A stretch of DNA of 64,000 nucleotides from Minisyncoccota bacterium (GTDB lineage: Bacteria > Patescibacteriota > Minisyncoccia > UBA6257 > 2-01-FULL-56-20), in contig DATKNL010000002.1 in the NCBI GenBank assembly GCA_035541435.1, positions 67,962 through 131,961 of the forward strand, in the 5' to 3' direction. Numbering within the stretch: position 1 is the first letter of the stretch; every line of letters starts with the position of its first letter. The translations under genes and the position numbers were made by a program. Under the pieces are notes generated by a model. It ran no database searches. It saw nothing but the letters and a program-made list of their open reading frames with translations, and was not told where the DNA came from. Shown here piece after piece: positions 34,192 to 43,503 of the stretch.

Positions 34192-35562
34192 TCATTGCGG
34201 AACGCACGCGAGCGACGACTGGCCGGGCGGCGTGCGGCACACGCCCGTGACGGTTCCGCCCTGCGGGGCGCTGAACGAGCACGACGCGCCGCTCGCGCTG
34301 CCGCTGCACGCGGCTGTCGCGGCTGCGGGAGGTTGGCCCGGCGTGCCGCCCTGATTCGTCTGCTGGCCGCCCTGCCCGCCCGATCCGCCGCCCGATGACG
34401 GCCCGGCGGTCGGACCCTTCACGGTGGACGTGCCGCGGAAGCAGCTCACGGAATACGGGAAATCCGCCGTCATGACATAGTGGTACATGGTGACGAGCGA
34501 CCCGTCGAGCATGACCGGGCTCGTGATGCCGTGGCATTCGTCGAGGTCGGCCGTCGTCAGATAGCGGTCCGCGGCGATCTTCGATCCGGTGATGGGAAAG
34601 CCGTCGAAGGCGAAGCCGATCACCGTGGTCGATCCGTTCGGCAGGCAGGCGCTCGGTCCGTGGTAATGATATTCGCCCGCCTCCTGCGGATGGCCGTTGC
34701 ATTTGTCCTGCACCTCGTGCGCGGGCGCGTCGCGGTTCTCGGCATCGAACCCGTCGAAAAGCATCACGCCGTCCGTCATGACCCCGACCTCGCCGCCGAT
34801 GCACGACGGCGCCGCGGCCGCCACGGGCTTCGCCGGGAACGAGAACGTGAGCGACTGCGCCGTCACGCTGTTCGGGTTGCGGTCGTAGCGATAGGCCGGA
34901 TCGGTCGACTGGATCGGGAAGATCCCCGTCGGGACGCCGACCGGCAGGTCGTTCGTCACGATGGTGCGCGTCCCGTTGGCCACCGACATCGAATAGCTCG
35001 CGTTCGCCCACGTGACCGAACCCGCGACGGCGACCTTCTGGCCCTCGTTCCAGGTCGAGGCGCCGATCCACGGACCGTCCTCCTGGGCCCCGCCGCCGCT
35101 CGGCATATTCGCGTTGCAGAGATAGATGTATCCCTTCTTGGGGCCGCTCGTCACATACTTGCCGTCGCCGAGCGGCAGGACGCCGTCGGCATAGTTGTCG
35201 CTTCCGAGGCTGGCCAGCGGATCGGTCGACGCCTTTGCAGCCGATGAAGAGGCCGACTTCGCCGGCGCGGGAGCCGGCGCGGGAGCCGGCGTCGGTTCGA
35301 GCTGGTTCAAAACGCCCTGTTCCGCCGCGGTCGCCGAAGCCTCAAGGTCCGCCGCCTGCCGGGCCGCCTGTTCGGCTGCCGACCCCTCGGCCGGCGTCTG
35401 GATTGACGGCGGCGGCGAACCGCTCCCGCTACGCGTGCTGCCGAAATAAAAACCGCCCGCAGCGGCGGCGAGCGCTATCACGACGACGACTATGAGAAGT
35501 TCGGCAAGGGCGAACCCCGCCCGATCGGACGGGGCGCGCGAAACCATGCGTTGACCGTGCAT
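34192..35562 (-). CDS. Type-IV-pilin-like protein with YHYH domain
   Basis: N-terminal GFALAELLIVVVVIALAAA prepilin-like segment, Pro/Ala-rich linker, domain containing EYHYHG, C-terminal Gly/Cys-rich tail. Confidence 0.65.
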   Translation of the reverse strand: MHGQRMVSRAPSDRAGFALAELLIVVVVIALAAAAGGFYFGSTRSGSGSPPPSIQTPAEGSAAEQAARQAADLEASATAAEQGVLNQLEPTPAPAPAPAPAKSASSSAAKASTDPLASLGSDNYADGVLPLGDGKYVTSGPKKGYIYLCNANMPSGGGAQEDGPWIGASTWNEGQKVAVAGSVTWANASYSMSVANGTRTIVTNDLPVGVPTGIFPIQSTDPAYRYDRNPNSVTAQSLTFSFPAKPVAAAAPSCIGGEVGVMTDGVMLFDGFDAENRDAPAHEVQDKCNGHPQEAGEYHYHGPSACLPNGSTTVIGFAFDGFPITGSKIAADRYLTTADLDECHGITSPVMLDGSLVTMYHYVMTADFPYSVSCFRGTSTVKGPTAGPSSGGGSGGQGGQQTNQGGTPGQPPAAATAACSGSASGASCSFSAPQGGTVTGVCRTPPGQSSLACVPQ

Positions 35563-35586
35563 GGTTTCATGATACCAAACCGGCCG

Positions 35587-35946
35587 CTACGAGGTCCGTT
35601 CGCGGTCGAGCTTGCGCGCGGCCTCGGGCGTCGAGACCGTCCGGCTCATGGTGAACAGCTTGGCGATGCCCCAGGCGATGATGAGATAGACGATCATGGC
35701 GAGAAGGGTCGTCCATTCGAAGACCTTGTCTCCGACCGCCGTCGCGCGGAAGACCGCGATGAACGGCACGGCGAAAGGCCAGCTTGCGACATAGATGAAG
35801 CTCGTGAAGCCCGCCCCGGGATTCGCGCCGGCAAGCCGCAGCAGGAATCTGAACGCGAGAAGGATTTCGACGAGGTCGCAGAGATACCAGACGACCTGCG
35901 TCCCCCGGAACAGCGGTTTGGTTGTCGGCGAATGATAGGAGTCCAT
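35587..35946 (-). CDS. Hypothetical small membrane protein (possibly YggT-like)
   Basis: Only the last 119 codons of the long track ORF look protein-like (MDSYHSPTTKPLF..., two TM helices). The upstream 330 codons are Arg/Glu-rich antisense-type sequence opposite gene 36040-37185. Confidence 0.4.
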   Translation of the reverse strand: MDSYHSPTTKPLFRGTQVVWYLCDLVEILLAFRFLLRLAGANPGAGFTSFIYVASWPFAVPFIAVFRATAVGDKVFEWTTLLAMIVYLIIAWGIAKLFTMSRTVSTPEAARKLDRERTS

Positions 35947-36039
35947 GGCCAATAATACCCGCCGGCGGACGGCGCCGTTACGAACGCCCGGGCCGGCGTC
36001 CGCGATCCAGAGCTTGACGGAGCGGCGCAAAACGCTACG

Positions 36040-37185
36040 GTGTGCGCTATGATTAGTACAATGTCCGCGAATCCGGAACCCAGCCGCAGGAGCATCGTCG
36101 CCGGTGCCCGCCGCTTCTATGCCCGCATCGAGCGGCCGTTTTCGTCGATCTCGCTCATCGGCGGATTCGTCTTCGACGCGGTCGCGCTCACCCGCGTCGA
36201 CGCGTTCTGGGAGAACTTCTGGGTCGTCGTCCACCTCGTCATCGTGACCGCCTGCGCGATCGCGCTGAACTTCGTCGAGAACAAGGGCGGGAACGAGGAG
36301 AATCCCGAAAAGCTCCACTTCTGGCTCGTGAACATCATGCAGTTCTTCTTCGGCGGCATCTTCTCGACCTTCCTCGTCTTCTATTTCAGGAGCGGCACGA
36401 TCGGGACGAGCTGGCCCTTCCTCGCCATCCTCGCCGCCGCCTTCATCGCGAACGAGCGCCTCAAGAAGCACTACGCGCGGCTCGCGTTCCAGATCAGCCT
36501 GCTCTTCCTTTCCTATTATGCGTTCGCGATCTATCTCATGCCGATCCTCCTGCACGACATCAGCGACACGACCTTCGTGCTGAGCGGGGGCGCCGCGCTC
36601 GCCGCGATCGGCGTCGTGGCGCTCATCCTGCGCTTCGGCACGCGCGAGCGGTTCGAGCGGCGCACGAAGGTCGGCGCGTGGCTCGGCGTGCTCGGCATCT
36701 TCGCGGCGCTCAACCTGCTCTATTTCGCGAACCTGATCCCGCCCCTGCCCCTGTCGCTCAAGGACGCCGGCATCTATGACAGCCTCGCCGTGAACTCGCC
36801 CGGACACTACACCGTGACGTCGCAGGACCAGGGCCCGCTCGGATTCTTCCGCTGGGGCGACACGCTCCTCTTGAACACCCACGGCCAGGCGCTCTATGCC
36901 TATACGGCGGTCTTCTCGCCCACCGCGTTCAATACGACCATCGTGCACGAATGGCAGTTCTATGACCCGGCGCAGAAGGGATGGGTGACCCGCGCGCGCG
37001 TGAAGCTCCCCGTGACCGGCGGGAGCGACGGCGGCTGGCGCACGTTCTCGGCTGTCTCGAACATCACGCCGGGCCCGTGGCGCGTGAACGTGCTCACGAC
37101 GAACGGCCTCCTCGTCGGACGCCTCCAGTTCATGGCCGTCGCCACCAACACGCCGCCGCAGATCGTGACGCGCGAGATCAACTAG
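36040..37185 (+). CDS. Hypothetical polytopic membrane protein with C-terminal extracytoplasmic beta-rich domain
   Basis: 381-aa ORF, about eight predicted TM helices then a soluble domain. Start may be an internal Met. Confidence 0.55.
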   Translation: MCAMISTMSANPEPSRRSIVAGARRFYARIERPFSSISLIGGFVFDAVALTRVDAFWENFWVVVHLVIVTACAIALNFVENKGGNEENPEKLHFWLVNIMQFFFGGIFSTFLVFYFRSGTIGTSWPFLAILAAAFIANERLKKHYARLAFQISLLFLSYYAFAIYLMPILLHDISDTTFVLSGGAALAAIGVVALILRFGTRERFERRTKVGAWLGVLGIFAALNLLYFANLIPPLPLSLKDAGIYDSLAVNSPGHYTVTSQDQGPLGFFRWGDTLLLNTHGQALYAYTAVFSPTAFNTTIVHEWQFYDPAQKGWVTRARVKLPVTGGSDGGWRTFSAVSNITPGPWRVNVLTTNGLLVGRLQFMAVATNTPPQIVTREIN

Positions 37186-37216
37186 GGCCGGCGTGCTATA
37201 CTAAGAAGAAACCACC

Positions 37217-37444
37217 ATGGATTGCAAAGACTGCAAGGATTGCGGGTGCTGCAACGGGACGACGGAACGCGCGGGATGGAAAGGCCGACGCTACAAACAC
37301 CACGGACACGGCATGGGAATCCTCTGGGCGATTGGCTGGCTGTTCACGATCGGCTTCCTGCATCTCTCGTTTTGGAAAGGCGTGCTCGCGATCATCATCT
37401 GGCCCTTCTATATCGGCGCGACGGTGAGCGCGATGATCCACTGA
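37217..37444 (+). CDS. Small Cys-rich membrane protein (hypothetical)
   Basis: 75 aa. CKDCKDCGCC N-terminus and two TM helices. Coding status uncertain. Confidence 0.35.
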   Translation: MDCKDCKDCGCCNGTTERAGWKGRRYKHHGHGMGILWAIGWLFTIGFLHLSFWKGVLAIIIWPFYIGATVSAMIH

Positions 37445-37939
37445 TTAGAACCGCCTGTCGTCCGCGGACGGGCCATAGATGGACGGCACCGCGATATCGT
37501 TGAGCCGCAGATAGACGGTGAGCTGGCCGCGATGATGGACCATATGCCTGATCGACGAGCTTGCCGTATCGAGCTTCGTGCCGCTCATGAGGACCTGGTC
37601 GCCCCGCTTCAGCTCGAAGCGGCCGTTCGCGAGCTCGTCCTCCGAGACGGCGGCAAGCGCCTTCCTCGCGCCCTCGAGGTTCGCGTCGAACTCCTTCACG
37701 AACTCGGGGCCGGCCTTCGCGTCGGCGTGCTTGAACGTCCCGAAGTTGATCGTCCCCTCTTCGACGGCGCTCGAGATCCATCGCGGGATCTCGGCGGTGA
37801 CGAGCGCGAGATAGCCCATGAGCATCGACTTCTCGTGCGGCTTGTAGTCATAGAGCGCGGCCGGAACGCGCTCAAGGCACTCGCGGGTCGCGCGCGCTTC
37901 GGTTTCGAGTTCGTGGATCAAAAGCTCTTTGGTGGTCAT
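37445..37939 (-). CDS. DinB/YfiT-like (DinB_2) metal-dependent four-helix-bundle protein
   Basis: 164 aa with conserved His pattern (HEKSML..., HMVHHRGQ). Confidence 0.7.
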   Translation of the reverse strand: MTTKELLIHELETEARATRECLERVPAALYDYKPHEKSMLMGYLALVTAEIPRWISSAVEEGTINFGTFKHADAKAGPEFVKEFDANLEGARKALAAVSEDELANGRFELKRGDQVLMSGTKLDTASSSIRHMVHHRGQLTVYLRLNDIAVPSIYGPSADDRRF

Positions 37940-38059
37940 TGGGTTGGTTTTTTTTGTTAATACGATGGTGGTTCCATTATATAACGTCCGGCTGCGAAAA
38001 ATATAGCATACCCGCGCGCGGATGCAGAGGGCGAAGGCAGCCGCGTTGCCCGGGCTTCA

Positions 38060-38088
38060 TTGAGAAAATCGCGCAGGGCAAGTATGAT
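38060..38088 (+). promoter_or_regulatory. Promoter TTGAGA-N17-TATGAT for DUF1653 gene
   Basis: Hexamers at 17-bp spacing, 18 nt upstream of ATG 38106. Confidence 0.45.
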
Positions 38089-38105
38089 GTCACAAAAAGA
38101 CCGCC

Positions 38106-38435
38106 ATGAACATTCCTTCGAAGGTGCCCTCCCCGGGGTTCTATTATCACTACAAGCACGACCCGGACGGCCCAATAAACAACTATGCCTATGAGGTCGT
38201 GGGCGTGGGATGCCACACCGAGGACGACTGCCGCCCCGAAGACGCGAATCTCGTGGTCTATCGCCCGCTCTACGAATCATCGGTCTATAAGGCCGGGAAG
38301 CTTTTCGACCTGCGCCCCCTTGAGATGTTCATGGAGGACGTGACGAAGGACGGCAAGACGTTTCCGCGATTCAGGAAAATCACCGATGCGTCGGTGATCG
38401 AGCGGCTTTCGGCGATCCAACGGCAGATGTATTAA
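38106..38435 (+). CDS. DUF1653-family protein
   Basis: GFYYHYKHDPDG...YAYEVVGVGCHTE...LVVYRPLY pattern of DUF1653. Confidence 0.7.
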   Translation: MNIPSKVPSPGFYYHYKHDPDGPINNYAYEVVGVGCHTEDDCRPEDANLVVYRPLYESSVYKAGKLFDLRPLEMFMEDVTKDGKTFPRFRKITDASVIERLSAIQRQMY

Positions 38436-38890
38436 CGATTCAACCGCCAAATTTCATAATTCAACACCGTTGCGAAAGACGACCAGAGCGCATAGGGCAC
38501 CATAAGCCATGCGGCCGCGGCATTGACTCCGGAAAATAGAACGACGGTTGTCACGATGAATATCAGAAGGACGACGAGTTCGACAAGCGCAGCGCCGAGG
38601 CGCTTTGCACCGAAAAACAAGGGCGTCCACAGGGCGTTGAGGATGAGCTGAACGACGAAAACGTCGAAGGCGGTTCCGCTCCCGCTTGTCCGGAACACGA
38701 GGTAGGCCGCGATCCCCTGCAGCGCGTAAAGGATCGTCCAGACTGGTCCGAAAACCCAGTTGGGTGGATTGAATGTCGGCTTTCTCAGCTTGGCGTACCA
38801 CGTCGGAATCGCGCGAACCGTAAAGAGGCTTCCGCCAACGCCCACCAGTTCGCACAACGCAATGAAGACGGCGAGCAGGAGCCAATTCAT
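38432..38890 (-). CDS. tspO: TspO/MBR (tryptophan-rich sensory protein) family
   Basis: 152 aa, five TM helices, conserved Trp/Pro pattern (WYAKLRKPTFNPPNWVFGPVWTILY). Confidence 0.85.
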   Translation of the reverse strand: MNWLLLAVFIALCELVGVGGSLFTVRAIPTWYAKLRKPTFNPPNWVFGPVWTILYALQGIAAYLVFRTSGSGTAFDVFVVQLILNALWTPLFFGAKRLGAALVELVVLLIFIVTTVVLFSGVNAAAAWLMVPYALWSSFATVLNYEIWRLNR

Positions 38891-39038
38891 GTATCAATTA
38901 TACTCCCGACTTCGGGGTTGTTCATCAAAAGAAAAGCCCGGAAAAGCAATTGACAAAGTCGATAAGATTTAGCATACTATTCCAGTCCGAGCGCACTCCA
39001 TAAAGGAGGCAGGATGGACGGAAAGAGAGTTCTTTACT

Positions 39039-39608
39039 ATGGCTGCAAGAAGTGATGTTGCGACGATGGTGCGTGGCATGGGGATGGGCATGAAAGTGCT
39101 CGACCTGCTCGTGAACGAAGCCGAGAAGCAGGGTGCGGACAAGGAGGCATTCGCCTTTTTGACCCGTCCGCGCTTCAAGGGAAATCTTGAAAAGATAGGG
39201 AAAGCTATTGCCGAGTGCGATTGGCGAATTCCCGCGAGCGAGATGCGCGCACTCGCGCGGAAACGCGAATCGGAAGAATACGGTCTCGACTCGGAAGCCG
39301 AAATTGAGCAGGCGGCAAACCTCTGGTGGTCGGGAACGTGCATTGATTTCGGGATCCCCTATGATCGGTATTGCCAAAATCCCAACCACGGCGATCCTGC
39401 GATTCTGCCCATTTTTCTGAAAGAGCTGGACGGAAAAGCAATGGAATACCCGCTTATCCTTTCGCCCTTCATCGGCAGCGAGCGCCGTTTCGTGGTTGTC
39501 GACTTCATCACGACCGAAGCGCTGTATCGCCCGGGCGATCGGATCGACATAAATCAAATCGACGCGCTTGCAGTTGCCGATTGTAAGTATTTCGATTTCG
39601 AGAAGTAA
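39039..39608 (+). CDS. Hypothetical protein in lower-GC island
   Basis: 189-aa ORF with local composition clearly more AT-rich than flanking DNA. No domain recognized. Confidence 0.45.
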   Translation: MAARSDVATMVRGMGMGMKVLDLLVNEAEKQGADKEAFAFLTRPRFKGNLEKIGKAIAECDWRIPASEMRALARKRESEEYGLDSEAEIEQAANLWWSGTCIDFGIPYDRYCQNPNHGDPAILPIFLKELDGKAMEYPLILSPFIGSERRFVVVDFITTEALYRPGDRIDINQIDALAVADCKYFDFEK

Positions 39609-39929
39609 TCGCTAACCAAGGCGCACGCCAGCTCATGTTGGACGTGCGTTTTTTTATATTTGTTTCAGAGTCCGTTCTTTCGTCGCTCCCATTATCCAGC
39701 GATATTTTTATTTCAGCAACATTACAAAACCACGACTTCCGGGGCAAACAAAAACAGCTCCATTTCTGAAGCTGTTTTCGGGAATTCGTACATGGTTGCG
39801 TCCCAACTCGACACCGTCTCAATGATTTTAGCGACCCATAATCTGAAGTCAAATTTGATTTAATTTAGATTTAATCTAACTTTTTTATCATGTTCGTCGT
39901 GGAACACCTGCAGATTTCCAGCATATGCT

Positions 39930-40610
39930 CTATTCCTTAATCATCTTCAAAAGCGCCTCCTTGGAAACCACTTTGCCATCTATGGCGATTTGGCCGGATA
40001 TTTCGTTAATGGCTTTCTCAATCTTCTCCATGCCCTTGTTTACCTTGGCCCGGATCAGCTCATCCACAATAAAGGTTTTCATTTCCTTTCCTTCCGCATA
40101 AGCTTTCTTCAACGCAGCATCCCGCTCTTTGGGCTTATATGTCAAAAGCTGATGCACCACCTTATTCCGCTGCTTGATGTAAGCGTCCAGCTTTTTATAG
40201 AGCGGTGCGTCAATGACATGCCCGATCAGAAGAAGCTCCAGTTGTTTCGATATCTGCCAGCGTTCAACACTTTTCGCAAGCTCCTTATTTCCCGCAAGGC
40301 CGTCCATGAAATGAATTGCAACGCATGTCTTTATCACGCCCTCAAACAGGCATGACTGGATAAGAAACGCCTCTAAAAATTGCCCCTGCTGATAAAAAGA
40401 TTCCGCTCGCGCTACTAGCTGGTCGTAGATCGCCTCCTCTTTTGGAATGCCTTGGTTGGCCATAACTTCATTATACTTGACCTCCTCCACCGGAACATTC
40501 TCTGCGACGTTTGCGCTACCGTGAGCTACCCGGCGTTCCATTTTGCAGTCCGCTACTGATCTATGTTTTTGATAAGACCTCACGCGATAGCGCAAAATAG
40601 CGCAGGACAA
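39930..40610 (-). CDS. Hypothetical all-alpha protein in lower-GC island; weak HEPN resemblance (single Rx4H match)
   Basis: KQRNKVVHQL matches the R-[N]-x3-H HEPN signature near a predicted C-terminal helix. Start uncertain (internal Mets at codon 24/50). Confidence 0.4.
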   Translation of the reverse strand: MSCAILRYRVRSYQKHRSVADCKMERRVAHGSANVAENVPVEEVKYNEVMANQGIPKEEAIYDQLVARAESFYQQGQFLEAFLIQSCLFEGVIKTCVAIHFMDGLAGNKELAKSVERWQISKQLELLLIGHVIDAPLYKKLDAYIKQRNKVVHQLLTYKPKERDAALKKAYAEGKEMKTFIVDELIRAKVNKGMEKIEKAINEISGQIAIDGKVVSKEALLKMIKE

Positions 40611-40750
40611 ATCTCGATTAAAAATGACGGCATCTGTAATTTATTTGAATTCTGCAAAATCCGTATAAACCTCCAAGAATAAAGGCGATCCTCCAACGAA
40701 CTTCACTGTTCAGCAATCCCATTTGCATCTGCTTGTTTCCTGCTCATGCC

Positions 40751-40777
40751 CAAAAAACCCAGCATTTCTGCTGGGTT
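40751..40777 (-). terminator. Rho-independent terminator ending the rplM-rpsI transcript
   Basis: Minus-strand AACCCAGC-loop-GCTGGGTT hairpin followed by a U-run (plus-strand AAAAAA at 40752-40757). Confidence 0.6.
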
Positions 40778-40804
40778 CTCGTAAGCATTCTAACCAAAGC
40801 TCCT

Positions 40805-41296
40805 CTAGCGCTTCGCCCATTGGGGACTCCGGCGCGCTTTCTTCTTGCCGTACTTCTTGCGTTCAACCATGCGGCTGTCGCGGGTCATATAGCCGACGGC
40901 GCGGAGGCGCGGCTTCCATTCGCCGTCGCGGAGCACGATCGCGCGGGCGAGGCCCAGGCGGATCGCTTCGGCCTGCGCGCGGATGCCGCCGCCGACGATC
41001 CGCACCGACACGTCGAGGTCGGTGAGCTTGAGTTCGTTGAGGGGTGCCTTGGCGGCCGCGACGAGGCGCGCGGTGCTGAAATAGGACTTCACGTCCTTGC
41101 CGTTCACGGTGACGGTCCCCTTGCCGGCCGAAATGCGCACGCGGGCGATCGCCGTCTTGCGGCGGCCGACGGCCTCGGTATAGCGCGCGGCCTTATGCCC
41201 GTGCGACGGGGCGGGCGCGTGATGTGCCTCGGCGGCCGCCGGTGCGGATGCGGCGGTCTGGGGCTCCTTCTTCACGGTGTCTTTGGCGGTGGCCAT
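40805..41296 (-). CDS. rpsI: 30S ribosomal protein S9 (with N-terminal extension)
   Basis: GRRKTAIARV...GGGIRAQAEAIRLGLARA...KKYGKKKARR. Confidence 0.9.
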   Translation of the reverse strand: MATAKDTVKKEPQTAASAPAAAEAHHAPAPSHGHKAARYTEAVGRRKTAIARVRISAGKGTVTVNGKDVKSYFSTARLVAAAKAPLNELKLTDLDVSVRIVGGGIRAQAEAIRLGLARAIVLRDGEWKPRLRAVGYMTRDSRMVERKKYGKKKARRSPQWAKR

Positions 41297-41312
41297 TGGG
41301 TAGTAGTGTGGG

Positions 41313-41657
41313 TTATTCCTCGACGAAAATCAAATTCTTGATCCGCTGCTGCGTCAGAAAGTTCTGCGGGAGCATCTTGCGGACCGCGCGGCGCAGGACC
41401 CACTTCGGATCCTTGGCCATCGCCTCGTTGAACGTCTTCTCTTTGATGTGACCCACATAGCCCGTGTGGCGGCGGTACACCTTGTCGGTCGCCTTCGTGC
41501 CGGTGACGATGATCCCGCCCACGTTCTTCACATAGACCTTGTCGGCGGCCACGCGGTTGCGCTGGTATGCGGCCGACTTCTTGCCCTGCAGGATGAGGGA
41601 GATCTCGGAGGCCACGCGCCCGAGCACCTTGTTTTTGGCGTCAATATGATAGTCCAT
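41313..41657 (-). CDS. rplM: 50S ribosomal protein L13
   Basis: WHVIDA-type start (YHIDAKNKVLGRVASEI), ...GHIKEKTF. Confidence 0.9.
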   Translation of the reverse strand: MDYHIDAKNKVLGRVASEISLILQGKKSAAYQRNRVAADKVYVKNVGGIIVTGTKATDKVYRRHTGYVGHIKEKTFNEAMAKDPKWVLRRAVRKMLPQNFLTQQRIKNLIFVEE

Positions 41658-41665
41658 GGTCGTGG

Positions 41666-42019
41666 TTAGACGAATTCGATGCGGGCCATCGCGGCGCCGT
41701 CGCGCTTGCGGCTCGTGCCGAGCTTCGTGATGCGCAGGTAGCCGCCGGCGCGCTCGGCGTAGCGCGGGCCATAGTCGACATAGAGCTTGTTCGCGACCTT
41801 CTCGTTATGCACGCGGCTCAGGATGACGCGGCGCGACGCGAGGGTCTGCTTCTTCGCGAACGTCACCAGGCGCTCGACGATCGGGCGGATCGCCTTCGCG
41901 CGGGCCTCGGTCGTCTCGATCGCGCCCGTGCGGATGAGGTCGTTGCTCAGGTTGCGCAGGAAGGACGCGCGCGGACCGCGCTTGCGATTGAACTTCTTGC
42001 CTTTCTTTGCGTGCCTCAT
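41666..42019 (-). CDS. rplQ: 50S ribosomal protein L17
   Basis: MRHAKKGKKFNRKRGPRASFLRNL...TTEARAK. Confidence 0.9.
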   Translation of the reverse strand: MRHAKKGKKFNRKRGPRASFLRNLSNDLIRTGAIETTEARAKAIRPIVERLVTFAKKQTLASRRVILSRVHNEKVANKLYVDYGPRYAERAGGYLRITKLGTSRKRDGAAMARIEFV

Positions 42020-42069
42020 GGGAGTGTTACGAAATTACGAATTGGTGCGAATATACGAATGCCGATTGT

Positions 42070-42831
42070 CTAGGCTTCCTTTTTGGCGGCCTTCTTCTTT
42101 TTGCCGCCTTCGGCGACGGGCGGTTCGAAGTCCTTCACCTCGACGGCCGAAACCTTCTCGAAGTGGTCCTTCAAAATATTGCCTGCCTTGTGGAGCGCCG
42201 AGGACGGGCTCACCGTGCCGTCGGTCGTCACCTCGAGGCGGAGGCGGTTATAGTCGGTGCGGTCGCCGACGCGCATGTCGTCGATCGTGAAGTTGACCTT
42301 CTCGACCGGCGTGAAGATCGCGTCGACCGCGATCGTGCCGATCGGCAGGCGGCCTTCGCTCTTGCGGGCCTCGACGGGGACGTATCCCAGACCGCGCTCG
42401 ATCTTCACCTCGATGTCGAGCTCGGCGTCCTTCGCCGTGAGCGTGCCGATCACCTCGTCGGGATTCATGATCTCGATGTTCGCGTTTGCCTCGATGTCGG
42501 CGGCCGTGACGACGGTCTCGCCCTTGGCCTTGAGGGCCAGGACCTGCGGCTCGTCGACGTGCATGCGGATGCGGATCTTCTTGAAATTGAGCGCGAGCTC
42601 GACGATGTCCTCTTTGAGGCCCGGAAGGGTCGAGAACTCGTGCGGCACGTTCTTGATCTTGATCTCGGTCACCGCGGCGCCCGGCAGCGACGACAGGAGC
42701 GCGCGGCGGAGGGCGTTGCCGACCGTGAGGCCGTAGCCGGCGTAAAGGCCCTCGATCTCGAACACGCCGTTCTTCGCGTCTTCGGAAACGGTCTTGATGG
42801 AAACGGTTGAGCTCAGATAGGCAAATTCCAT
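42070..42831 (-). CDS. rpoA: DNA-directed RNA polymerase alpha subunit, NTD only (253 aa, no alpha-CTD)
   Basis: Alpha NTD dimerisation/assembly motifs (GYGLTVGNALRRALLSS, VTEIKI). Ends after NTD with a Lys-rich tail; no linker/CTD sequence before rplQ. Confidence 0.9.
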   Translation of the reverse strand: MEFAYLSSTVSIKTVSEDAKNGVFEIEGLYAGYGLTVGNALRRALLSSLPGAAVTEIKIKNVPHEFSTLPGLKEDIVELALNFKKIRIRMHVDEPQVLALKAKGETVVTAADIEANANIEIMNPDEVIGTLTAKDAELDIEVKIERGLGYVPVEARKSEGRLPIGTIAVDAIFTPVEKVNFTIDDMRVGDRTDYNRLRLEVTTDGTVSPSSALHKAGNILKDHFEKVSAVEVKDFEPPVAEGGKKKKAAKKEA

Positions 42832-42856
42832 GGTGGTGTTCTTGTTGATATGGGGG

Positions 42857-43474
42857 TTATTTGGAGAAGGATTCGACCAGCAGGTTGATTTCGAAAGGAG
42901 GATTGACGTCGGTCGGCAGCGCGAGCACCTGGCCTGTCATCTTCTCGGCATCGACCTGGAGCCAAGAAGGCGCGTCGTGCGTCGTCATCGCTTCTTTTCG
43001 CTTGTTGAGTCCGGCCTTGGCGAGCGATCCCGCGCGGACCGAGATTGTGTCGCCCTTCCTCACCTCGTAGCCGGGCGACTTCACCTTCTTCTTGTTCACG
43101 TCGATGTGGCCGTGGACCACGATCTGCCGCGCCGCGAGGCGCGACGGGGCGAACCCGAGCTGGAAGATCACGTTGTCGAGGCGGCGTTCGAGGAGCTCGA
43201 TCATCTTGGCGCCCGTCGATCCCTTCGCGACCTGCGCGCGCTCGAAGAGGCGCCTCAGGTTCTTATCGTCGACGCCATAGCTCAGCTTGAACTTGCTCTT
43301 CTCGCGGAGCTGCAGGCCGAATTCCGAAAGGGCGCGCGGGCGCGAGTTCGGGCCGTGCACGCCGGGGCGGTACGGCTTGCGCACCGTTGCGGACTTCGGC
43401 GACATCGAACGCTCCCCCTTCAGACCGAGGCGCACGCCCAATGCCCGCTCACGTTTTTCCTTAGGACCGACCAT
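42857..43474 (-). CDS. rpsD: 30S ribosomal protein S4
   Basis: Start reassigned to MVGPKEKRERALG at 43474. S4 domain (VDDKNLRRLFERAQ...). The ORF-track upstream extension is not protein-like. Confidence 0.9.
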   Translation of the reverse strand: MVGPKEKRERALGVRLGLKGERSMSPKSATVRKPYRPGVHGPNSRPRALSEFGLQLREKSKFKLSYGVDDKNLRRLFERAQVAKGSTGAKMIELLERRLDNVIFQLGFAPSRLAARQIVVHGHIDVNKKKVKSPGYEVRKGDTISVRAGSLAKAGLNKRKEAMTTHDAPSWLQVDAEKMTGQVLALPTDVNPPFEINLLVESFSK

Positions 43475-43503
43475 GGTGGTTGTTTGTTCTTTATTAATAG
43501 AGG

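Noticed and set aside
35947-36948. N-terminal ~330 codons of track ORF 35587-36948 (-)
   Set aside because: Arg/Glu/Asp-rich antisense-type sequence opposite the membrane-protein gene 36040-37185. Only the last 119 codons (from ATG 35946) look like a real protein.
39039-40610. Toxin-antitoxin pair interpretation for the two genes in the AT-rich island
   Set aside because: The genes are convergent rather than co-directional and the 189-aa protein shows no clear nucleotidyltransferase/MNT or other antitoxin signature. Only the weak HEPN-like hint on the 226-aa protein is retained.
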